This document shows, in pieces, positions 36,741 to 45,725 of a stretch of 59,420 nt of DNA; within the stretch, counting starts at the first letter, position 1, and each line of letters starts with the position of its first letter. This DNA comes from an uncultured Methanosarcinales archaeon (GTDB lineage Archaea > Nanobdellota > Nanobdellia > Woesearchaeales > GW2011-AR4). The notes beneath the pieces were generated by a model. It searched no databases. It was not told the origin of the DNA and saw nothing but the letters and a program-made list of their open reading frames with translations. The stretch lies in contig CAYXZV010000005.1 of NCBI GenBank assembly GCA_964469645.1, positions 1 through 59,420 on the forward strand, written 5' to 3'. The position numbers and the translations under genes are program-made.

Positions 36741-37730
36741 ATGGTTAATGTAGCAATTAACGGTTTCGGCCGCATAGGAAGGTTGGTTCTGAGGGTAGGT
36801 TTAAAGGAAAAAAGCCTTAATTTTGTCGCTATTAATGATCTTACAGATGCTAAAACTCTGGCACATCTGCTTAAACACGATACAGTTCATGGAACTTTAG
36901 ATGCTAAAATAGAATCTGGAAACAATTATATCAAAATAAACGGGAAAAAATTAGTTGTTTTATCAGAAAAAGACCCTGCAAAACTTCCATGGAAAAAGTT
37001 TAAAGTTGATGTTGTTGTCGAAAGCACTGGAAGATTTAGAAAAGAAGCAGATTTGAAGCACCATCTAGAATGCGGAGCAAAAAAAGTTCTATTATCAGCT
37101 CCTGGAAAAGGAGGAGATGTAAAAACTATTGTTTTAGGCGCAAACGATAAAGAAGCTAAAGACCTTAAAATATTGTCAAACGCTTCCTGCACAACCAACA
37201 GCTTAGTTCCTGTTGTAAAAGTTTTAGATGAGGAATTTGGAATTGAAAAAGGTTTCATGTCAACAATACACGCATATACAAATGACCAAAGATTGTTGGA
37301 TCTGCCGCATAAGGATTTACGAAGAGGCCGTGCAGCTGCCGCTAATATAATCCCAACAACAACCGGTGCAGCTAAAGCTATTGGAGAAGTTTTAACACAT
37401 CTAAAAGGAAAAATGGATGGTTTATCTTTTCGTGTGCCAGTACCTTGCGGCTCAATAACCGATTTTACATGCTTGTTAAAGAAAGAAACAACTGCAGAAG
37501 AAGTAAACAAGGCAATGAAAAAAGCTTCTCAAACTCATTTGAAAGGTATTTTAGAGTATTCAGAAGAGCCTTTGGTATCATCAGATATCATAGGGAATAA
37601 CCATTCATCTATATTCGATTCAGGACTGACAAAAGTAAATGGAAAATTAGCAAAAGTCTGCGCATGGTACGATAACGAATGGGGTTTTTCTGTAAGAATG
37701 GTTGATATGTTGAAGTTGATGGGGAAATAA
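36741..37730 (+). CDS. gap: Class I (bacterial-type) glyceraldehyde-3-phosphate dehydrogenase
   Basis: NGFGRIGR, SNASCTTN, WYDNEWG. Confidence 0.97.
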   Translation: MVNVAINGFGRIGRLVLRVGLKEKSLNFVAINDLTDAKTLAHLLKHDTVHGTLDAKIESGNNYIKINGKKLVVLSEKDPAKLPWKKFKVDVVVESTGRFRKEADLKHHLECGAKKVLLSAPGKGGDVKTIVLGANDKEAKDLKILSNASCTTNSLVPVVKVLDEEFGIEKGFMSTIHAYTNDQRLLDLPHKDLRRGRAAAANIIPTTTGAAKAIGEVLTHLKGKMDGLSFRVPVPCGSITDFTCLLKKETTAEEVNKAMKKASQTHLKGILEYSEEPLVSSDIIGNNHSSIFDSGLTKVNGKLAKVCAWYDNEWGFSVRMVDMLKLMGK

Positions 37731-37750
37731 TATCTTGTCTTAAATTGAAA

Positions 37751-38413
37751 ATGGATGTTGTCATTGAAAACAATTCTGGAGCAGACTTAATTGTTGGTCA
37801 TTTAATTATTGAAAACCTACAAAACAAGAAAAACAGAAATAAAGGGATGGAAAGGGAAGTAAGTGCGCTACAAAAGGAAGTCAAAGCAAATCAGGATAAA
37901 TTTCTTAATACAGAAACATTAAAAGCATATGAAGAATTCATAAACTCTTCTCAAAGCGCTATTGAATCAAAAGACCCAGGTCCTAAAATTCTTATAGATC
38001 TTATTCTGAAGAATGGTTATTTACCCACTGTATCTAGAGTAGTTGATTGCATGAATATAATCTCTATTAAAACCGGTTTGACAATCAGCATATGGGATAA
38101 AGACAAAGTAAAAGGAAATATTGTTTACAAATTATCCCAAGGAGGAGAAAAGTATTTACCTTTCATGGGGGAAGAAGTTGAACTCTTAAAAGATGAGTTA
38201 GTTGCATTTGATGATGAAAAGATACTGTGTTTAGTCAGGTATAGAGATTCTCAATACGCTCCAGTTACATTGGAAACAAGTAATATCATAGTGCATATCC
38301 AGGGGGTAAAAGGAATTAAAAAAGATGTAATTGAGAATGCTCTTGATGAATTGGAAAAATTGCTACTGGAAACCACAAATGGCCAGACAAATGAAAAGAA
38401 GATAGTTACTTAA
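37751..38413 (+). CDS. B3/B4 (PheRS-beta-like) tRNA-editing domain protein
   Basis: LPTVSRVVDCMNIIS...I..WDKD..KG...GGEKY...D. Confidence 0.8.
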   Translation: MDVVIENNSGADLIVGHLIIENLQNKKNRNKGMEREVSALQKEVKANQDKFLNTETLKAYEEFINSSQSAIESKDPGPKILIDLILKNGYLPTVSRVVDCMNIISIKTGLTISIWDKDKVKGNIVYKLSQGGEKYLPFMGEEVELLKDELVAFDDEKILCLVRYRDSQYAPVTLETSNIIVHIQGVKGIKKDVIENALDELEKLLLETTNGQTNEKKIVT

Positions 38414-39036
38414 GAAACAGCTTTCAAAACACCATCAAATTCTTCTTCTGGAGTTCCAGAACCATCCACATCAACTAAACTCCCTTTCTCTTTATAATAA
38501 TTTATCAAAGGCTCTGTTTTTTCCCTGTACACTTTCAATCTTTCCTTTACAGCTTCCGGTTTGTCGTCTTCCCTTCCATATAAATCTCCAGAACACTTAT
38601 CACAAATGCCTTCCCTGTTTGGTTTTATATATTCCAAATGATAAATAAAGCCGCATTTGCTGCACACTCTCCTTTTCCCTATTCTGTCTATGATAACATT
38701 ATCATCTGCCTGTATATTGACAACTTTGTCAATCTTAATTGTTTTAGCAATTTCATCTGCCTGATTAATGGTTCGAGGAAAACCGTCTAAAATAAAGCCA
38801 TCCTTGCAATCTTTTCTGTTTAACCTTTCTTTTATCATTTCAATTACCAAATCATCAGGCACTAAACCGCCTTTATCCATGAAAGATTTAGCTTTTACTC
38901 CCAGTTCTGTTTTTTCAGAGACATTTTCTCTTAACATGTCACCTGTAGCTATATGTGGAATTTTTATTTTCTTACTTAGCTTTACTGCAGCAGTTCCTTT
39001 TCCTATTCCAGGCGGTCCTAATAATACTATGTTCAT
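38410..39036 (-). CDS. adk: Adenylate kinase, bacterial type with Zn lid
   Basis: GPPGIGKGT, TGDMLR, LDGFPRT, CSKC...CDKC. Confidence 0.96.
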   Translation of the reverse strand: MNIVLLGPPGIGKGTAAVKLSKKIKIPHIATGDMLRENVSEKTELGVKAKSFMDKGGLVPDDLVIEMIKERLNRKDCKDGFILDGFPRTINQADEIAKTIKIDKVVNIQADDNVIIDRIGKRRVCSKCGFIYHLEYIKPNREGICDKCSGDLYGREDDKPEAVKERLKVYREKTEPLINYYKEKGSLVDVDGSGTPEEEFDGVLKAVS

Positions 39037-39130
39037 TTTAATCACAATGATAATCTACTTGGTTCTTTTATATCTTTCTTCTGTGGTGGGGTGGGATTCT
39101 TCATGTTGTATAACTCCTAATGGGGAGGTC

Positions 39131-39152
39131 AAAAATGCTGCGAAGCAGCATT
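39131..39152 (-). terminator. Hairpin plus U-tract terminator
   Basis: AATGCTGC-TTC-GCAGCATT-TTT directly after the stop codon. Confidence 0.6.
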
Positions 39153-39618
39153 AGCCGAGATATCCTACATCTTCCTCAATGCTAGATTCTTTGCTCCAAG
39201 ATTCTTTTATTTTGCTCAGATAAGAAACTAACTCTTTTTTCATATCTGCCCATTCATTAAAAAATCCATTCAAAAACTCAACTTGTTGTTTCTCATCATT
39301 CCTTAAAACGACTTCCACTATGCTCCTTTCTGCCTTCATCATCTTCTTGAACAATACATACATCTCATTTTTTTCATCATCTGAAAGGTATCTTATCTCA
39401 TACATGCTGCTTAAAGAAGACGCATCCGGATGTACCAAGTTTCCAATAACTTCAATATAGAATTCTAATTTTTCAACTATCTTTCTTAGTATATTCTTGA
39501 TAAGGAATCTTTTGCTTTCTAAATTACTTATCTCAAACTCAGAATCCAGTTCATTGAATTTAGGCAATTTGTATTTCTTGCTTAACTTATAATATTCCTG
39601 CTCTATTTCATTTGCCAT
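39151..39618 (-). CDS. Hypothetical protein
   Basis: 155 aa with host-like composition. Confidence 0.75.
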   Translation of the reverse strand: MANEIEQEYYKLSKKYKLPKFNELDSEFEISNLESKRFLIKNILRKIVEKLEFYIEVIGNLVHPDASSLSSMYEIRYLSDDEKNEMYVLFKKMMKAERSIVEVVLRNDEKQQVEFLNGFFNEWADMKKELVSYLSKIKESWSKESSIEEDVGYLG

Positions 39619-39660
39619 GTTAGAAGTTTGGTATTAAATGGGGGTTTTTATGCTTTATGC

Positions 39661-40548
39661 TTATTGCGTCAAAACAACAACATTCCCATCATCATCAATT
39701 AAGATAGAATGTTCTGCCTGGGATATCATCCCTTTATCTTTATCAGCTAAAGGCGGATGTCCATGCAACATCCCTAGCTGTTCCATCTCTTTAAGCCCGA
39801 ATTTGGCTTTTGCGCCTAATTTTCTAGTTAACCATCTTGTTGTAAATGGAAGATTTTCATAACTTTCAATTTCTTTCAGGACTTGCCTTGTTATCATATT
39901 CCTTACCGGTTTTTTACTTCCTAACTCAAAAACTGTTGCAGTTCCAGCATCTTGCACAACGCCTGCGCCGGTACTTGCAAATGGTTCAATGGCAAAAACC
40001 ATTCCTTTCTCTATCTTTGTTTCATCACCATTATCAAAATTAGGTATGCTTGGTTTTGTATGTATTTCATACTGTCCTAAACCATGACCGGATAAATTTC
40101 TAACCGGAGCATAACCATATTTATTGATAGTCTCCTGAATTGTTTTTCCTATCTCCCCTAAAGTAACTCCCTGTTTTATTATTTTAACAGCATTATCTAA
40201 GGCTTCCTGCGCAGCTTTAACTAAGTCTGAATATTTACCAGATAAATCAACTGTAACAGCAGTATCCCCGATAAAGCCATCAACATGCACACCAACATCC
40301 AGACAAACTAACTGATCAGAAAGAATTGTTTTATCCTCATCATCCGGACAGTAATGTGCAGCTATATGGTTGCAAGATATTTGAGCAGGAAAAGCCGGTT
40401 TTCCTCCTAATTCTTTTATTTTTTCTTCTACCTTATCTAAAACTTCAGTCATGGAAGCGTCTTTAACTATGAGGCTTTTACCATATTCTCTAACTTCTGC
40501 AGTTATCTTACCTGCTTTCTTTAATTTCTCAACATCTTCCTTATCCAT
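39661..40548 (-). CDS. map: Methionine aminopeptidase type II
   Basis: AAHY, DVGVHVDG..GDTA, NLSGHG, AIEPF, EHS. Confidence 0.96.
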   Translation of the reverse strand: MDKEDVEKLKKAGKITAEVREYGKSLIVKDASMTEVLDKVEEKIKELGGKPAFPAQISCNHIAAHYCPDDEDKTILSDQLVCLDVGVHVDGFIGDTAVTVDLSGKYSDLVKAAQEALDNAVKIIKQGVTLGEIGKTIQETINKYGYAPVRNLSGHGLGQYEIHTKPSIPNFDNGDETKIEKGMVFAIEPFASTGAGVVQDAGTATVFELGSKKPVRNMITRQVLKEIESYENLPFTTRWLTRKLGAKAKFGLKEMEQLGMLHGHPPLADKDKGMISQAEHSILIDDDGNVVVLTQ

Positions 40549-40579
40549 ATAGAAGAAGATTCAAGTTTGATTTATAATC

Positions 40580-41587
40580 TTAACGATTATAAACTTCAGG
40601 ATTACTGAAACTTTCACTTCCAGTACATTTTCCAGTTTTGTGTTCAATATTCAAGGTATCTTCATCCATTAATTGAACTAAAATCTTACCTGAAGGTACA
40701 GCTTCAAATTCCCTAACAGGACTACTGCCTTCATAACAATAAACAGTTCCATCTACCGTTACTTGAGAAAATTCCCTGTTGATTTTTCCGGAAGTTTTAG
40801 GAATGAATTTATACAAAGAAGGTCCAGTAAATATTCCCGCTATGGAAACTACCTGTATAGAAGGATCTTCATAATGATTAATAAAAGAAAGGTATACATT
40901 CCAATCAACTACATATTCTTCTGGTGAAGATTCATGGAACCAGTTTCCCTTTATGGTATTTGCAACATCCTGCATCAAAATACCGCAAGTTCCGTCTTTA
41001 CGTTCAATTAAATCATAGAATTTCTGTTTCATGTTCTCAGGGTAATAATCGAATGCACAATTTAGAAATTGATCTCTTGTAGGATACCTTTCCGGTTTAA
41101 TAAAATTCAATGGCTTTCTTAGATCTATCAATCCAAAATCAAAATTACCTTGCTTTAATCCAACTTCTCCTAATAACGTACCTTCTTCTACTTTGTCTAA
41201 ATTAATTACTTTTGTGCATGAACCTTCTGACGAAAAAGATTCACATTCAACTTTGTCTGCTATTTCCTTTACTTCATCCGATATAGTTTTGATATGATTG
41301 TAATAGCCAATTATATCTTTACATAATGCAAAAAAGATGGAATAATCGATTGGATCCTGTGTCATCCCTTCAGTCCACCATACACCGGTTATATGAATGT
41401 CAGCCGGTGCATACAATGGGTAGGCATAACTTGTTTCATACTCTCCTAAGTGTATGTGTGGATGCTGCGTCGGAAAAGTGTGTCCAGGTGGTCCTAAATT
41501 CCCTAATGGTGTTATTGATTCAACATCATTCATATCCACTGGAAACGTTGTAAATAATTCATCAGCACATTCAGGCAACAGTGTCAT
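40580..41587 (-). CDS. Probable exported protein, N-terminally truncated
   Basis: PLGNL...HTFPT-H, several Cys pairs; no signal peptide or promoter at the 5' end. Confidence 0.6.
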   Translation of the reverse strand: MTLLPECADELFTTFPVDMNDVESITPLGNLGPPGHTFPTQHPHIHLGEYETSYAYPLYAPADIHITGVWWTEGMTQDPIDYSIFFALCKDIIGYYNHIKTISDEVKEIADKVECESFSSEGSCTKVINLDKVEEGTLLGEVGLKQGNFDFGLIDLRKPLNFIKPERYPTRDQFLNCAFDYYPENMKQKFYDLIERKDGTCGILMQDVANTIKGNWFHESSPEEYVVDWNVYLSFINHYEDPSIQVVSIAGIFTGPSLYKFIPKTSGKINREFSQVTVDGTVYCYEGSSPVREFEAVPSGKILVQLMDEDTLNIEHKTGKCTGSESFSNPEVYNR

Positions 41588-42539
41588 TTCATCTTCACCA
41601 GAAGAAGGTCTTCACCAAGGTTGCATTGAAAATGGGGATTATATAGGAAAAGACGCTTGTGATGAAGTGATATGGGATGAGACAGGTAGACCTCCTGATG
41701 AATGTTTTGAAGAAGGAGAGTTCATAGGAGGAGATTTTTGCAGGGAATTAACAGGAGAAGATTTTGGAGGAGCTCCTTTTGATGAATGTGTGGACGGAAT
41801 TGAATATGTAGGCCATGAAGAATGCGGAGTGATTATGGGATGGGGTGTAGATGACGGTGATGGAATGTCACCTCCAGAATGCCTGGAGGGCGGAAGATAC
41901 ATAGGAGATGAAGAATGCATGCAGCTAATTGATCCCGGATGTGTAAACTTAGGAGCAAGTGACTGGGAGCAATGCCACAACATCATGAAAGAAAAATACG
42001 GCGCATCACCTGATGAATGTTTCGAAGGAGAAGGAATCAGATTCATAGGAGAATTACAATGCGCAATCATAATAGAAGAGATGTATGGAGGAGGAGGTGG
42101 ACACGGAACAGCCCCTGACTATTGCTTCGATGAAAATGAGGGGTATATAGGAGATGAAGCATGCAGCGCTTTGAATGATGAGTTAGGAGGCGGTGGCAGC
42201 GGTGGAGACCACGGAACTGCACCTGATTACTGCTTTGATGAAGATGACAACTACATAGGAAATGATGCCTGCAGTGCGTTGCATGAAGAGTTCTTTTCTG
42301 GTGAAAAAGATCATGGAACAGCCCCTGACTACTGCTTCGACGAAGCTGACGATTACATTGGAGATGAAGCATGCAGCGCTTTGAATGACGAATTTGCAGA
42401 AGAAGAAATTGAAGACTTATATGACGAAATCGATGGCCTTGAAGGGGATCTTTTTGAAGATTATGACGATTTCGAAGACGACTTTAAAGACTTTGATGAA
42501 GAATTTGAGGATGACTTCGAAGAAGAAACAGAAGATTGA
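41454..42539 (+). CDS. Acidic Cys-repeat protein (credible coding from ~41600; true start missing)
   Basis: Eight copies of PDxCF(D/E)-x2-5-(Y/F)IG-x3-C and an acidic tail. Confidence 0.65.
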   Translation: MCGCCVGKVCPGGPKFPNGVIDSTSFISTGNVVNNSSAHSGNSVISSSPEEGLHQGCIENGDYIGKDACDEVIWDETGRPPDECFEEGEFIGGDFCRELTGEDFGGAPFDECVDGIEYVGHEECGVIMGWGVDDGDGMSPPECLEGGRYIGDEECMQLIDPGCVNLGASDWEQCHNIMKEKYGASPDECFEGEGIRFIGELQCAIIIEEMYGGGGGHGTAPDYCFDENEGYIGDEACSALNDELGGGGSGGDHGTAPDYCFDEDDNYIGNDACSALHEEFFSGEKDHGTAPDYCFDEADDYIGDEACSALNDEFAEEEIEDLYDEIDGLEGDLFEDYDDFEDDFKDFDEEFEDDFEEETED

Positions 42540-42576
42540 TTTCTATAAAATTATCGTTCACAGTCCAAAACTATGC

Positions 42577-42597
42577 GAAATTTACTTCGTAAATTTC
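42577..42597. terminator. Hairpin between convergent genes
   Basis: GAAATTTAC-TTC-GTAAATTTC. Confidence 0.55.
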
Positions 42598-42602
42598 TTT
42601 AA

Positions 42603-42878
42603 TTACAGTCCGAAACTGTCAGAAAACTCTTTTATTCTGTCAAACTCCAACAAAAACTTATGCCCTTGCTCTTTCATAAGGATCATCTTTTTGCCTTTTA
42701 CTGACTGCTCTTCAATCATCCCTTTCTTTGTGAGCATATCTACATATTCCTTCAGCTTTGCATGTGATAAATTGGATTTATACAAGAGATGAGTGGGTTT
42801 GATCTTGCCCCCTTTATCCCGGATTGATCTAAGTATATCTGCAATTATCTCTAACCTCCCACGTCTTTTTACCCTCAT
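42603..42878 (-). CDS. Winged-helix transcription regulator
   Basis: RGRLEIIADIL, PTHLLYKSNLS, EQGHKFL. Confidence 0.85.
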   Translation of the reverse strand: MRVKRRGRLEIIADILRSIRDKGGKIKPTHLLYKSNLSHAKLKEYVDMLTKKGMIEEQSVKGKKMILMKEQGHKFLLEFDRIKEFSDSFGL

Positions 42879-43606
42879 TTTACACGCTTTGGTTTCTTCC
42901 TAAAGATCAGTATGAATGGTATCAGAAGATATATGAATCCAAGCAGTTGGATCAATTCAGCTACCACATAGATAGTCCTTGAGTATACGACAAAAATAAA
43001 AAAAGCCTGCGAAACCAAAAGTATGCTGAATGCAATCAATACAAATTTTGCGTTCTCGCTTTTGATTTCCCCATAGTTTTGGAAATATGAATAGGTTATG
43101 AGCAGAAGCAAAACAAATGTTGTAGCATAAAATAATTGGTAATGTATAGCACTAATCCACGTTGCAAGAAATATAAAATATACCAAAAGCACAATAACTC
43201 TCAGATTTTTCCACCTAAGCTTTGAGATTATTAAAAACAAAATCATAAATCCTAGCAGAGTAAAGAAAGTAAATGTAATGAATGCCAGCGCATTGATCTT
43301 AAACAGGCTTAATCCTGCAAATACTTGTTGAATTGTACTTCCAAGCGTAGTTCTTGTAATTTCTGGCTTATAGATCGCCAAGGTCCCGATAATTTTTGCG
43401 ATAAACGCAAAAGTCAAGGCTAAAAAAGCAGTGCTGAAGTATGCATATTTGTTCTCCTTTGTTAATTTAAAGCATTTATAGCTGTAATATACAAGAAGTA
43501 CACTGACTATGATTGCTATTAACTCAATGATAGAATCAAAGCCATAGAACCATTCTGGGCTGAATACATAATAACGAAGCCCGTATGGTACACTCTCAAA
43601 TACCAT
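42875..43606 (-). CDS. Polytopic (~7 TM) membrane protein coupled to the winged-helix gene
   Basis: About seven hydrophobic segments; 4-nt overlap with the winged-helix gene. Confidence 0.8.
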   Translation of the reverse strand: MVFESVPYGLRYYVFSPEWFYGFDSIIELIAIIVSVLLVYYSYKCFKLTKENKYAYFSTAFLALTFAFIAKIIGTLAIYKPEITRTTLGSTIQQVFAGLSLFKINALAFITFTFFTLLGFMILFLIISKLRWKNLRVIVLLVYFIFLATWISAIHYQLFYATTFVLLLLITYSYFQNYGEIKSENAKFVLIAFSILLVSQAFFIFVVYSRTIYVVAELIQLLGFIYLLIPFILIFRKKPKRVK

Positions 43607-43810
43607 AGCTTAAAAAAGCCGTTTTCCCTTTATAAACTTTATGCATCCTAGTTCTGTATCAGCTGTTCATAATGATTAATAAAGACCCTTCCAACCTAGT
43701 ATTATGACCAACTAAACACCTCCAGACGTTTTTTGGTTCATAAATCAGGAGCAAGCTTTTGACACCCTCTTTTTGCTTGCTCTTGATAACTTTTTTATTC
43801 TTAGAATGTC

Positions 43811-43836
43811 AAAAACCACCAATTAGAAATTGGTGG
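43811..43836 (-). terminator. Hairpin plus U5 terminator after slyD
   Basis: CCACCAATT-TCT-AATTGGTGG-TTTTT. Confidence 0.7.
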
Positions 43837-43847
43837 AATTCCGTTGT

Positions 43848-44273
43848 TTAAGCAATATCCACAACTTTGAGCTTGAAGTTCAGATTCTTCCCGGCTAAAG
43901 GGGGATTTAAATCAACAGTTATGTCTTTGTCTGAAACTTCCTTTATCTTTACCGGAAACTGCTGTCCCTGAGGTGTCTTCACCATAAGGACCATTCCTGC
44001 TTTAGGTTCCTGTTCTTTAGGCAGCTGATCCCTAGGTATCTTTTTAGTTAATTCTGGATTATAGTCACCGTAAGCATCTTTTGATTCTATCTTTACGCTC
44101 TTTTCTTCTCCTTTTTCCATGCCGACAATAGCATCATCAAACCCTTTTATCACTTTTCCTGTACCGGCTTCGAATTCCAGAGGCTCACGACCTTCTGACG
44201 AATCAAAGACAGTGCCGTCATCCAATGTTCCTGTATACTCAACCTTTACCTTATCTCCTTTCTTTATAGCCAT
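43848..44273 (-). CDS. slyD: Short FKBP-type PPIase (SlyD-like)
   Basis: VEYTGTLDDGTVFDSS, VIKGFD, AYG, DLNPPLAGK. Confidence 0.93.
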   Translation of the reverse strand: MAIKKGDKVKVEYTGTLDDGTVFDSSEGREPLEFEAGTGKVIKGFDDAIVGMEKGEEKSVKIESKDAYGDYNPELTKKIPRDQLPKEQEPKAGMVLMVKTPQGQQFPVKIKEVSDKDITVDLNPPLAGKNLNFKLKVVDIA

Positions 44274-44412
44274 CATTATCACCAATCCACGAAAAAATAA
44301 GCAAGAAGCCCATTTAAACGTTTTTGTATCTAGTTTTACCAAGTATTATTTAAGTCTTTTTCATAAAAAACCAAAAAAAAAGAATTCTCAATCCCGTTCC
44401 TAATTCAGTTAA

Positions 44413-44673
44413 TTACTCTTCTTTATTTTCAGGTTCAGAGCTTTCTTCACCCGCAGGTTCAGAACTTTCAGCGCTGTCTCCAGCACCTTTTGTAACATTA
44501 ACAGCCTTTGGGCCTCTGTCTCCTTCTTCTACATCGAAGGTAACAGCGTCGTTCTCATTCAAGGTAACGCCTTCTCCCAATCCTGTCTGATGTACAAAAT
44601 ACTCTTTGCCGTCTTCTCCGGAAATGAATCCAAAGCCTTTACCGGCATTAAAAAATTTTACTGTTCCATTCAT
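44413..44673 (-). CDS. cspA: Cold-shock protein with acidic tail
   Basis: GTVKFFN..KGFGFI, YFVHQT, GPKAVNV. Confidence 0.93.
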   Translation of the reverse strand: MNGTVKFFNAGKGFGFISGEDGKEYFVHQTGLGEGVTLNENDAVTFDVEEGDRGPKAVNVTKGAGDSAESSEPAGEESSEPENKEE

Positions 44674-44739
44674 TTTATTCCTCACAATTTATTTTATTTC
44701 TCCTTAGATTAACATCATCATATTTAAATATTACTAAAA

Positions 44740-45402
44740 TCAGTACAATATCCCAACAACAATGCCTTCTATATCCTCAAACCTTACCTTATCAGGATCT
44801 TCTTTATGGTAATTGTCTCCTTTTGTTATGAAATAAACTTCATCTTTATCTTTCCCTATTTTAATTACTCTATGGACAAAAGCATAATCATAGCCATCAA
44901 CTTCATAAGCGATTATATCTCCAACTTTAATCTCACTTGCAGATTTAGGTTTTACTTCTATTGTAGTTGTACCCTCATCAATCAAAGGATCCATTGAATT
45001 GCTGTCAATAAATTTCCTTGATTTTGAGTTTTTGATGTCTATTCTAACACTATTGCTGAATACACTTACATCATCATCCTTAATCCTGTTTGTAGGGCTT
45101 TCTTTTTCCTCGCCATTCAGCTTCTTTTCCTCAACAATCACAACTTCTTTTTCTACATATTTTGGAATGAAAACTTTCTCTTTAATTACATGCCCAGTCA
45201 TAAGTGGAATCTTATCACTACCATCTTTCACATACAACGTTTCAGTACAAATAATCTCTCCACTATCTTCTTTGCATTCCTCTTCCTTGATCATGCTATC
45301 AAACAATAGTTTACCAGAATCAGCCTTATCCATATAATTAGCACTAACTAGAACTGCAACTAAAACTAGTGCTAAAACCATCCCCAACTTAAGTAATTTC
45401 AT
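44740..45402 (-). CDS. Signal peptidase I (S26) family protein
   Basis: SNSMDP, VGDII, FVHRV, FITKGDN. Confidence 0.85.
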   Translation of the reverse strand: MKLLKLGMVLALVLVAVLVSANYMDKADSGKLLFDSMIKEEECKEDSGEIICTETLYVKDGSDKIPLMTGHVIKEKVFIPKYVEKEVVIVEEKKLNGEEKESPTNRIKDDDVSVFSNSVRIDIKNSKSRKFIDSNSMDPLIDEGTTTIEVKPKSASEIKVGDIIAYEVDGYDYAFVHRVIKIGKDKDEVYFITKGDNYHKEDPDKVRFEDIEGIVVGILY

Positions 45403-45472
45403 AGTACAGAATATAGAATAAGTAGTATATAAAGGTTTCTATTTTGTTGTTACTTTAGAATGGTGAAATAAA

Positions 45473-45546
45473 TGAGCCTGTCCGGATTCGAACCGGAATC
45501 AATCGGTCCGAAGCCGACCGCATTATCCAGGTTGTGCTACAGGCCC
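45473..45546 (-). tRNA. tRNA-Arg(UCG)
   Basis: Acceptor GGGCCUG/CAGGCUC, anticodon arm GUCGG-CUUCGGA-CCGAU, T-loop UUCGAAU. Confidence 0.94.
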
Positions 45547-45725
45547 ATAAACAATACTTAATTATCTCAATTTATAAATTATTCTCTAAATTTTAGTTAT
45601 ATAGTAATGGAACTAGATAATTTACTAATAATTCCAATACTATATCAGGAAAACACAAACTACTCTTTATCAATCATTTGTGTTTTTCCGCTATATTTAT
45701 ATTATTCCTACATTTAACCATTCTT

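Noticed and set aside
19382-37510. Long antisense ORFs such as 19382-20173, 21729-22427, 26068-26721 and 36926-37510
   Set aside because: They are shadows of conserved genes on the opposite strand, with S/F/L-rich composition and no motifs
41454-41590. MCGCCVGKVC as a Cys-rich N-terminal domain
   Set aside because: It is the antisense reading of the HTFPTQHPH motif of the opposite gene
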